From Camelus dromedarius (taxonomy: Eukaryota): DNA of 64,000 bases. The stretch is taken from the NCBI RefSeq assembly GCF_036321535.1, contig NC_087437.1, forward strand, positions 52,082,001 through 52,146,000. The letters run 5' to 3'. A program made the translations under genes and the position numbers. This document shows, one piece after another, positions 49,861 to 60,546 of the stretch (position 1 is the stretch's first letter; the number at the start of each line of letters is the position of its first letter). The notes under the pieces are model-generated. The model was not told the DNA's origin. It ran no database searches and saw only the letters and a list, made by a program, of their open reading frames with translations.

Positions 49861-52249
49861 CAGGCATATCTTGTTTTATTGTGCTTTTCTATATTACACT
49901 TTGCGGGTACTGTATTTTGTTACAAATTGGCTGTTTGTGGCCACCCTGCATCAAGCAAGTCTGTTGGCACCACTTTTCCAACAGCATTTGTTCACTTTGT
50001 GTCTGTGTCACATTTTGGTAATTCTCACAATATTTCGAACTTTTTCATTATTATTACATCAGTGATCTTTGATGTTGCTATTGTAATTGTTTTGGGGAGC
50101 CACAAACTACACTCACATAAGACGGCGTGCTTAATAGACAAATGTTGTGTGTGTTCTGACTGCTCCCCCTCCAGCAGTTCCCCTCTCTCTCTCCCTCTCC
50201 TTGGGCCTCCCTATTCCCTGAGACATGAAAATTTTGAAAATAGGCCAGTTGATAACCCTACAGCGGCCTCTAAGTGTTCTAGTGAAAGGAAGAGCTGCGT
50301 GTCTCTCACTTTAAATCCAAAGCTACAAATGATTAAGCTTAGTGAGACGATCTTGTCAAAAACCAAGATAGACCAAAAGCTAGGCGTCTTGTGCCAAATA
50401 GTTATACATGTTGTGAATAAAAAGGAACAGTTCTTAAAGGAAATTAAAAGTTCTACTTTAGTGAACACATGAATGATAAGAAACCAAACCACCTTATTGC
50501 TCATGTGGAGAAAGTTTCTTTTAATGGTCCTGATAGAAGATCATATCAGCCATAAAATTCCTTTAACCCAAAGCCTAATCCAGAGCAAGGCCCTAATCCT
50601 CTTTAATTCTGTGAAGGCTGAGAGAGGTGAGGAGGCCTCAGAAGAAAAGTCTGAAGCTAGCGGAGGTTGGTTCATGAGATGTAAGGAAGGAGAAGCCATC
50701 TTCCACAACTTAAAAGTGTAAGGTGAAGCAGGAAGTGCTGGTGTAGAAGCAGCAGCAAGTTGTCCAGAAGATCCAGCTCAGATCATTAATGAGGATGACT
50801 ACACTGAACAACAGATTTTCAGCATGGATGAAGCAGTCTTGTATTTGAAGAAGATGCCTTGCCTTCTCGGACTTCCACAGCTAGAGAGAAGTCAGTGCCT
50901 GGCTCCAAAGCCTCAAAGGATAGGCTGACTCTCTTGTTATGGGCTAATGCATCTGATGACTTTAAGACGAAGCCAGTGATCATTTACCATCCCAAAAATC
51001 TTGGGGCCCTTAAGCATTATGCTAAATGTGTTCTGCCTGTGCTCTGTAAATGGAACAACAAAGCCTGGATGACAGCACATCTGCTTACAACATGGCTTAC
51101 TGAATATCTTAAGCCCACTATTTGAGACATACTGCTCAGAAAAAAAAAGCGTCCTTTCAAAATATTACTGCTTTTTGACAATACACCTGGTCACCCAAGA
51201 ACTCTGGTGGAGATGTACAATGAGATTAATCTGTTTTCATGCCTGCTAACACAGCATCCATTTTGCAGCCCATGGATCAAGAAGTAATTTTGACTTTTAA
51301 GTTTTACTGTGTAAGAAATATATTTCATAAACCTGTAGCTGCCATAGATGTTGATTCTGCTGATGGATCTGAGCAGAGTCAGTTGAAAACCTTCTGGAAA
51401 GGATTCACCATTCTAGATGTCATTACAAACATTTGTGATTCATGGGAAGAGGTCAAAATAGCAACATTCACAGGAGTTTGGAAGAAGTTGATTCCAACCC
51501 TCTGGACGACATTGAGGGGTTCAAGACTTCAATGGAGGAAGTAACTGCAGATGTGGTAAAACATCAGGAGAACTAGCATTAGAAGTGGAACCAGAAGATG
51601 TGACTGAATTGCTCAATCTCATGCGCAAACTTGAGCGGATGAAGAGTTGTTTCTTATGAATGAAACAAAGAAAATGGTTTCTTGAGGTGGAATCTATTCG
51701 TGGTGAAATGCTGTGGAGATTGTTGAAATGATAACAAAGGATTTACATTATATAAATTTGATAAAGCCACAGCAGGGTTTGAGAGGATTGACCCCATTTT
51801 GAAAGACATTCTACTTTCTGTTGAATGAAATGCCGTTAAGCAACATTGCATGCTGCAGAGAAATTATTTGTGAAAGAAAGAGTCAACTGATGTGGCAAAC
51901 TTCATTGCTGTCTTATTTTAAGAAATTGCTACAGTCCCCCCACCATCTCCAGCAACCTCCACCCTGACCAGTCAGCTGCCATCAACATTGAGGCACGACC
52001 CTCCGCCAGCTAAAAAATTTAATGACTTGCTGAAGACTCAGATGATAGTTAGCACTTTTCAGCAATAATATATTTTTTAATTGAAGTATGTACATTGTTT
52101 CTTTGGACATAATGCTGCTTAACAGACTACGTGTAAACAACTTTTATATGCACTGGGAACACAACAAGTTTGTGTGCCCACTTTATTGCAATATTCACTT
52201 TAATGCGGTGGTCTGGAACTGAGTTAGTAATATCTCTGAGGTACCGCTG
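49861..52249 (+). mobile_element. Tigger1 DNA transposon, near full length (2389 bp)
   Basis: Termini caggcatatctt... and ...gaggtaccgctg; TA at 49859-49860 and 52250-52251; host L1 sequence resumes across the element. Confidence 0.93.
50263..51660 (+). pseudogene. Tigger1 transposase remnant (CENP-B-type HTH plus DDE domain), inactive
   Basis: Fragments [47 protein letters not shown] and MPANTASILQPMDQEVI in different frames; the expected ATG reads GCG; multiple stops. Confidence 0.85.
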
Positions 52250-52359
52250 TACTTGAAAAGAATATGTACGTATTCTGCTTTTGTAGGATGAAGAGTTCTG
52301 TCAGTGTCCATCTGATCAAGATAGCTGGTTACGTTGTGTAATCTTCCATATCCTTCCAT

Positions 52360-53375
52360 TCTTTAATTTGTTTTTTAAATTGAGATTTAATTGGCATACA
52401 ATATCGTGTAGTTTGAGGTATACAGTGTGTTGGTTTGATACATTTATATGTTGGAATATGATTACCACAGTAGCATTAGCTAAAACCTTTATCGTGTCAC
52501 ATAATTACCATTTCTCTTTTGCGTTGAAAACAGTGAAGATCTAGTCTCTCAGCAACTTTGAAGTTTATAATACAGTATTGTTGGCTGTGCTCACTATGTT
52601 GTACCTTAGATCTTCAGAGCTTATTTCTCACCAAGTTGCAAGGTTATACCCTTAAACAACATCCCTCCAATTCCCACACCTCCCAGCCCCTGGTAACCAC
52701 CAAACCACCATTCTACGCTCTGTTTTTGTGAGTTCAGTTTTTTCTAGATTCCACATGTAAGTAATATTATACAGTATCTGTCCTTCTCTGTCTGACTTCT
52801 CTCACTTAGTATAATGCCTTCAGGGTCCATCCATGTTGTTGCAGATAGCAGGATTTCCTTCCTATATGGCTGAGTAGTATTTCAGTGAGTATGTGTATAC
52901 ACACACACACACATCTTCTTCACCCATTCACGTGTTGATGGACACTTAGGCCTTTCCCGTACCTCGGCTATTGTTAATAATGCTGCACTGAACATGGTTG
53001 TGCCTGTATCTCTTCAAGATACTGATTTCAATTCCTTCTGATTCATACTCAGCAGTGGGATTGCTGGATGATACTGTAGCTCAGTTTAAAAAAAAATTGA
53101 GAAACTGCTGTACTCTTTTCCATAATAGCTGTACCAATCTACATTCCCATCGACAGTGTGTAAGGGTTCCCTTCCTCCACATCCTCACCAACATTGTTCT
53201 CTCTTTTTTTATAAAAGTCATCCTAATTGGTGTGAGGTGATATCGCATGGCGGTTTTATTTGCATTTCCCTGATGATTAGTGACATTGAGCGTCTTTTCA
53301 TGTACCTGTTGGCCTTTTGTATGTCTTCTTTGGAAAAATGTCTATTCAGATCCTTTGCCCATTTTTAAATTGGGT
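52360..53375 (-). mobile_element. L1MA-type 3' end nested in older L1
   Basis: aattgagatttaattggcatacaatat 3' terminus; possible TSD ATATCCTT at 52348-52355 and 53376-53383. Confidence 0.8.
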
Positions 53376-54242
53376 ATATCCTTTTTAATTGTCTTCCTAC
53401 TTGTTCTCTCATTTATTGAGAGAGGTATGGAAGTCTCTGACTGTAAGATCTATTTCTCCTTGCATTTCTATCATATTTTATTTTATGTACATTTAAGCTA
53501 TGAGATGCACAGACGTTTAGGATTGTTACAGCCTCCTGATGAATTGACTCCTTTATTATTATGAAACAGTATATCCCTGCTAATAATCTTTGCTCTGAAG
53601 CCTAGTGCTATCATAGTATATCTTTCCAATCTTTTTGCTTTTAACCTATTTGTGCCTTTATATTTAAAGTGTATTTCTTGCAGGCAGCACACAGTTGGGT
53701 CCTGCTCTAGCACCCGACGGTCTCTTTCAGCTCTTCCAGTGTTTGAAGATCTTCCTGTGCCATCAGTCTTCTCTCCTGTGGGCTAAACATCCTTTTACTA
53801 TGGTTTGGCTGATGCATTTTCTAAATCCTTCACTATTATCATCAAGCTCTTTTGTGCATGTTTGGCTTAAAAGGGACATTACATCAGAAAGGACACCGAG
53901 TTGGCCTCTGCAAGAAGTGCTGACCACTGCGTATCGTGTCAGTTGATTAACATTGTCCACAAAGATCTGTATCTATTAGGTTCCTCACCATTTGGCTAAA
54001 ACGAATTTGTACCATCTGGTTTTTTTTTTTTTTTTAACCTAATCACATTTTTATCTTGGCTAAATACTGACTTTTTGATCTCCAGAGAAATTTCAAAGGG
54101 ACTTAACAAAAAAATCTATTCTTTGTTCCTCTGAAAATGTCTGTTCTATCTCAGTTACACCAATTCTAGTTGAATCATTTTGAGTGTGGGTCAAATAAAA
54201 CTAGACTCTAAGAAGATGTCAACATGTTTGCCTTTTTTTCAG

Positions 54243-54296
54243 GTAAAAGTGTCCCCATCCTGTCATCCATCCAAAGGTGATCCTGCTGTTAAAAAG
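54243..54296 (+). CDS. VPS8: VPS8 coding exon (10th, 54 nt)
   Basis: tttttttcag|GTA acceptor; VKVSPSCHPSKGDPAVKK resembles human VKMSPSYHQSKGDPTAKK as recalled; donor AAG|gtgagt; phase 0-0; follows a 21.2 kb intron. Confidence 0.9.
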
Positions 54297-55384
54297 GTGA
54301 GTGAGTTTTAAAAGCAAAAAACCAGCTTCTGCCTTGTATGTTTATTCTCCTCTGTTGAATAGTGTTCTCAAAATGACAGTGAGTTTTAATCATCTTAATG
54401 CTGTCAAAGGTTCTTTCTGATTGGATGCCTTGAAGAGGTGTCACCAGAGAAGCCACATGGGGGTTTGGGCCTAGCATCAGTCTCCTGGCAACTAGGGACT
54501 TTTCATTGTTTTAGAATTCCCATCCTCTCTGCCAGATGGGCATCCTGGCGTCAGTGAGTGGTAGCAGATGAAAGATATTCTAAGGATGAAAGGTATATAG
54601 TTTTTCTTAATAATACACTTTCCCTCTGATAGCTGTGCCTAGAGAAAAGTGGTCTGCAACATTAACAGTTCAGCACATACCACCTAAGGAAGTCCTCAGT
54701 AAATACCTGTGCGATAGAACTCTCGTATGTGCCACTTCAACCCCCGACTGTGAACTTCGTGGCATAGATAAGATGTGTCTTTCAACTGAGCAATGCTCAG
54801 GTGACGTCAGGAGAGCCACTAAAATCCTCTTCTTCTTCCAGCCAAAGCAGTACAGAAACATGGTAAACAGATTGACATTTTTGCTGTTTTCTTTTACCAT
54901 TTTTATTTCTCTGATAGCTGAAGTGTCCCTGGATGTAGGTTTGCTTTCCTTGCCCCCCCGCTTTTTTTTTAAACAATTTCAGCCAGCATCTGTGTCAGCA
55001 GAGGATTGTAGAACAAAAATAACAACTTGCTGGCTCTGTCGACTAACAGCAGGTTCCAGCTTCAAAAGCAGTGCGCCAAAAGCAGGTCCCTTTTCCCTGC
55101 CTTCAGAATCCCCTGAGCCTTTTTCAAAGGAAAAAAGAGTAAAAACAAAATATGTTGTCTGAAAAGCTCTGTAACATGCTGCACAAGAACACCTCATCCA
55201 GTCTTGTCCAGACAGCGAGGGCAGGCAAGACGGGGGTGGAGGGGATCGTTGCCGCTCAGAACCGTCACGTGAGGAGCTGGAGAGGGCGTAAGCCACTTAG
55301 TCTCACTCCGAAAACAAAGGAGGAAACTGGGATCCACGGGGAGGGGTTCTGCTTCTCCCAGATGTTCTGTGGGACACGTTTCTG

Positions 55385-55595
55385 AAGTAGAGGTTAAAAA
55401 CACAGGCCTGGGTTCAACCAGGCTCAGGTTCAGAGATGAGTTTTCTGCTTCGTTATCTGAAGAACCTTGAGTAAGTCGCCTGTTTCCTCCTCTGTAAAAC
55501 AATGATAGTACCTCTCAGAATTGTCCTGAAGCCTAAATGAGGTAAGATTTAAGTGCCTGACCCTGTCTGACACACATTAAGTACTCAGTAAATGA
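55385..55595 (+). mobile_element. MIR SINE
   Basis: gaggttaaaaacacaggcctgg...cctgtttcctcctctgtaaaacaatgatagtacctctcag. Confidence 0.7.
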
Positions 55596-58149
55596 TGACA
55601 CATGGTAAGTCCTCAGCTGTTACTGAAACTAGTATTAAAACCCAAGTCTCCCAACTCCCAGTCAGATGTCCTTTCACTTTATTATGCTACTTATATATTA
55701 TTGTCCATTCAGCAAGTATTTATTTATGCTAAATACTGACCTAAAAACCGGACTACAGAGATGAGAAATACAATCCGTGTTCTCAAGGACCTCAGCATTT
55801 AGTGGGAAAGGTAGACAGGTGCGCTGGTAACTACCATCCAACCCAGCGCCTGCTGGAAAGGTGCGCGGGGGCGGGGGCGCTGCGGGTGTGGAGGAAGGGG
55901 CCTGATTTGAAATGACCTCCCATTTAGTACAACTCGTGCATTTCTTATGGTAGAGTCCAGTGAAGAAGCTTGAGATATGGTTAGCTGCTCCCCTACAACC
56001 TTGTTACTAGATTATAATGAAATCAAATCCTCGCATACTTAGACGTTTATCAAATAAGCATCTCGAGAACATTTTATTCAACCTACATATCTTGAATACC
56101 TTTTATTTTAGCAATGAGGGTCCATTTCTAATATTTATCACTCTAACTAAACAAGCCATTCATTTCACCAATGGAAAAATTTCTATTTTTTGAGCTAATG
56201 AGCAGTCTTAGTTGGTCGACATGTGAACAGCTAAGCGGCTTCCGAAGGTGGCTGCCTTTGGGGGTTCACGTGAGCTGCAGTCCCTAAAGTATGATTCTTG
56301 GTTAGGGCCACTGACCACCCCTGAGTTGAAGCCTAAACTTACTAGCACATACTTACTATCACACTGTTGATGGTGTCTGGAATAATTTTAAAATACACAT
56401 CACAACAGGTCCCTCTCCCAGAGTAGTAAGTCAGGGAAGGCTTCCCAGTGGAGGTAAAGCTAGATCCAGTCTGGAAACATAAGGGAACAGGTATTCCAGG
56501 CAGACATGGGTGAGCACAGCACATTTCAGGAAATGGGGTGATTCTGTTTGTCTTAACTATGGGAGCATGCAGAAGCCTGGTGAAATAAATGGGAGTCCAG
56601 ATCACAGAGCCCCAGCCTGTGAAGTTTGCTTTTTATCTCAAGGACAAGGGTTTCTGTCAAATGTGAGCTTAGAGGCAGAAAGACCAGTTAGAAGAACAGG
56701 GCAGTTGTCCAGGCAAGAAGAAAGGTCCTAAGCCTATGCTGTGTTAATGGAGTGAGGAGATGAGACAGACTGACGTCTTAGCTATTTTATTCTCCCCTAA
56801 AACCCTTTTTGACACCCTAAGTCTGAGTTCAGAGGACTTCCTTTTTGAGCTCTCATGGTGCCCCGAGCTAGTCCCCACCAGCATACTTACCTGCTGTGTG
56901 GAAATTGCCTCTACTCACAACGTGCCCCTCATTAGACTCTGCTTCATGAGGGCAGGGCCCCCATCGGTCCCGTTTCCTGTTGTGTCTCTAACTGGATTGC
57001 AAAGTACATAGTCACTCAGTAGTTGTTGCGTGAATGAGATATGAAACAGATCCCACAGGACTTCATAGATCTTATGGGAAGTGAGGGGACAAAAGAAGTT
57101 TCTGTTGAATAACTAGAGAAGGAATAACAGACATCATCGCTCTCCCGGGCTTGTATTCCCGGTGTGGTCGTGTCCTTACTGTTTGAGCTCTAGCAGTCAT
57201 ACTCCAAGGGAGATGAGTGTGAGACTCAGCGCCTCGTCGTTACTTCCCTAGTTGGGTGTGTATGTTTGTGCGTGAGTGTATGTGTGCATCTACACACGTA
57301 TTCTGGTTATCATCCTGGTGCTACAGTCTCTCTTCCCAAAGTTGCACTGACAGATGGAAGCACCACCAGTGTCTGCTGAACAGAGTGACTGCCAAAGTGA
57401 CATGTGTAAGAAACATAAAAGAGCAACCGTGTTCTTGATTTGAGCCAGAGATTCTCTGTTGACCAATAACTGCAGAAAGTGTTTGGTGACTCTGCTGTCA
57501 CTGTCAGCCCTGCCAGGAGCTGGATTCAAGTGCCGAGGAGCCAGGAGCCGTGCTCTGTGGGGCCCTGTGAACTCAGGAGAGGTGTCTCGTGTAGGAGTCA
57601 CACTTTCACTCTGCTGCCGGGTCAGAACCTGGCCAATTCCAGCAGTGTGTATACAGAACATCTTTTTGCAATGCAAGCATTCTGCGTTTTAGATATTCTT
57701 TTAGAAAGCTCTAGATTAGAAATATTTATCAGATATAATCTATAGTGTTTAAAATTTGCATATCATATTTATCTGATATATAAAATTTCTTCTTAATTGG
57801 GCTCTAACTGATAACTTCATGTAACAAGTAGGAAGACACATATGCGTCCCTAGAACTTCTCCAGTGCTTGATAGTGGATGACTACAAATTTGAGAATTAG
57901 GAAACACTTTCCTTAGATAGAAATTGCCACAAAAGTCCACTGCAATAAACTCTCTAGCACAGATCCAAATTGGAGGTGTCGAGAGTGTTTAAGGTAGATT
58001 AAAGGAATTTAGAGCTAGTTGAAGGCAGCATCAAACACTTCTCAGCTGTGACGCATCACTTCTTGACTACTGAAGAAACACCAACTAGCAGTTTCAGTAG
58101 CAAAGTTAGGATTGTTATATACACAATAACCAGAGAAAGCAGTTTTGTC

Positions 58150-58287
58150 CTTTTTTAAAGTTTTTATTTTTTTGTGGGGGGAGGTAATTAGGTCTATTTA
58201 TTTTTAGAAGAGGTACCAGGGATTGAACCTGGGACCTCATGCATGCTAAGAATGAGCAATCTTGAGCTATACCTACCCCCCCCCCCC
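58150..58287 (-). mobile_element. tRNA-derived SINE (camelid VicSINE-like)
   Basis: gaggtaccagggattgaacctgggacctcatgcatgctaag; TSD CAGTTTTGTC at 58140-58149 and 58288-58297. Confidence 0.9.
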
Positions 58288-58872
58288 CAGTTTTGTCTTA
58301 GATCTTGATCACAAAAGCACAGTGCCACTCTCTGAGCCAACCCCATTTTAAACAAGACTTCTCTACCCGTGTGTCTGCAGAAGCCTGAGAGGCCAGGTGT
58401 TCTGGCTGGTGGACCCACTGGAAGAATGTACAGTGAAGGTTCTCCTCAGAGTTAGGGATGGAGTACTGGGAGTGGCAGTGTTAAGCCTTTCTAATAGTTC
58501 TGGGTAAATTCAGTAAATAGTCAACAAGCCTCTAAGGTGCCAGGTCTTGGAAGGACCAAGATGAGTGAAATATAGTTCTTGCTGTTGGCATATTTACAAG
58601 TTAATGGTGACTGAACTGGTGGATTTAACAGCCAAGCCTCCCAGAAACTGGTGATCAGTTTCTCAAGTATTCAAGTGTATTATCAGAATTTGGAGCTGAT
58701 TTTTTCTCCCAGTGTTCTGGTGAGGCAGAATTTTTATAGCTGGTTTCCAGTCCTGCCACTCATGTCAGGAATGTAGATGGCTGTACTTGCTCATGATTTT
58801 TCCTGAATCATGGCTTCGGGGGTTAGTTTTTATATTTTTTATTTTTAAGAGAAAAAGCCTCACAGAGCCACT

Positions 58873-58886
58873 GTTTCCATAGCAAC
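58873..58886. promoter_or_regulatory. Candidate RFX X-box motif
   Basis: GTTTCCATAGCAAC fits the X-box consensus GTYNCC-AT-RGNAAC, in non-repetitive DNA. Motif only, no functional evidence. Confidence 0.45.
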
Positions 58887-59049
58887 AGGAAAAGCTGGCC
58901 TGCAGTGTCTCAGCTGACCGGCCCAAGAATGGCTGGTTGATAGTTTAACAAAAGTCAAGGGAACATGAAAAGGAGAAAGCATGGAAAAAGATGCAGCGTT
59001 TCCAGCCATCCTCTGATGGTGGCTTACATAAAGATCATTTGCCTTTTTT

Positions 59050-59496
59050 TAAATTGAAGTTTAGATGATGTACAGTGTCATATGAATTACAAGTGTACAA
59101 TATAGTGATTCACAATTTTTAAAGGTTATACTCCATTTATAATTATTATAAAATATTGGCTATATTCCCCATGTTGTACAGTACATCCTTGTAGCTTATT
59201 TTGTACCTATATTTTTTATCTCTTACTCCTCTACCTCTATCTTGCTCCTCCCCTCTTCCATCTCTCCCCTGCTAACCACTAGTTTGTTCTCTGTATCTGT
59301 GTGTCTGTTTCTTTTTCGTTGCATTCCCTAGTTATATCTTTTAGATTCCACATATAAGTGATTTTATACAGTATTTGTCTTTCTTTGAGTTATTTCACTT
59401 GACATAATGCCCTCCAAATCCATCCATGTTGCTGCAAATGGCAAAATGTGGTTCTTTTTTATGGCTGAGTAGTATTCCATTGTGAGAGAGAGAGAG

Positions 59497-59541
<45 letters not shown>

Positions 59542-60546
59542 CACATCTTTATCCATTCATCTGTTGATGGATACTTGGGTTGCTTCCATATCTTGGCAAT
59601 TATAAATAATGCTGCTCTGAACATTGGGATGCATGTATCTTTTCAAATTTGTTTTGGGTTTTTTGGATATATACCCAAGAGTGGAATTGCTGGGTTATAT
59701 CATAGTTCTATTTTTAGCTTTTTAAGAAACCTCCACACTGTTTTCCACAGTGGCTGCACCAGTTTACATTCCTACCAGCAGTGTACAAGGGTTCCGTTTT
59801 CTCCACATCTTTCCCAGCATTTCGTATTTGTATTCATTTGATGATAGCAGTTCTGATAGGTGTGAGGTGGTATCTCATAGTGGTTCTCATTTGTATTTCC
59901 CTGATTATTAGTGATGTTGAACATCGTTTCATGTGCTTTTTGGCCATCTGCATTTCCTTTTGGAAAAATGTCTCCAAGTCTTCTGCCCATTTTTTAATCA
60001 GGTTGTTTGTTTTGATATTGAGTTGTGTGAGCTGTTTATATATTTTGGGTATTAACCCCCTATTTGTCGTATCATTAGCAATTTTTTTTCTCCCATTCGG
60101 TAGGTTGTCTTTTCATTTTGTCAATGAATTTAATTACATCCCATTTGTTCTTGTTTTTTTCTTTTGCTCTAGGAGAGAGATTTTAAAAATTGCTACAGTT
60201 TATGTCAGTGTTCTGCCTGTGTTTTCCTTTAGGGGGTTTTATGGTTTCCAGTCTTACACTTAGGTCTTAAATTCATTTTGAGTTTATTTTTGTATATGGT
60301 GTTAGAGAATGTTCTAATTTCATTCTTTTACAGGTAGCTGCCCAATTTTCCCAGCACCGCTTATTGAAGAGACTGTCTTTCCTCCACTGTATATTCTTGC
60401 CTCCTTTGTTATAGATTAACTGACCATAAGTGTGTGAGTTTATTTCTGGGCCCTGTCTCCTGTTCCATTGATCTACATCTGTTTTTGTGCCAGTATGATA
60501 CTGTTTTGATTACTGTAGCTTTATAGTATAGTCTGAAATGAGGGAG
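59050..60546 (-). mobile_element. 5'-truncated L1 (~1.5 kb, 3' UTR plus ORF2 end) with TSD
   Basis: Poly-T/aattgaagt terminus; ORF 59364..59624 ([26 protein letters not shown]); TSD TCATTTGCC at 59035-59043 and 60547-60555. Confidence 0.9.
59484..59538. repeat. Compound (GA)8/(TG)19 microsatellite within L1
   Basis: Read directly. Confidence 0.95.

Larger units (their letters stand above)
1674..54296 (+). other. VPS8: VPS8 gene, partial span: 10 internal coding exons of the C-terminal third; gene continues beyond both window edges
   Basis: Ten exons with AG/GT boundaries and matching phases join into a stop-free 340-codon frame that matches the mammalian VPS8 C-terminal region as I recall it, including the RING-H2 finger. 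Confidence 0.96.

Noticed and set aside
49759..50472. Longest ORF in the window (237 aa)
   Set aside because: It crosses an antisense L1/Tigger1 junction and the Tigger1 non-coding leader, then stops early in the transposase; a chance open frame in repeat DNA.
54635..55162. 175-aa ORF in unique sequence
   Set aside because: GTG start, no recognisable domain, and overlapped by comparable ORFs on both strands; no support for coding.
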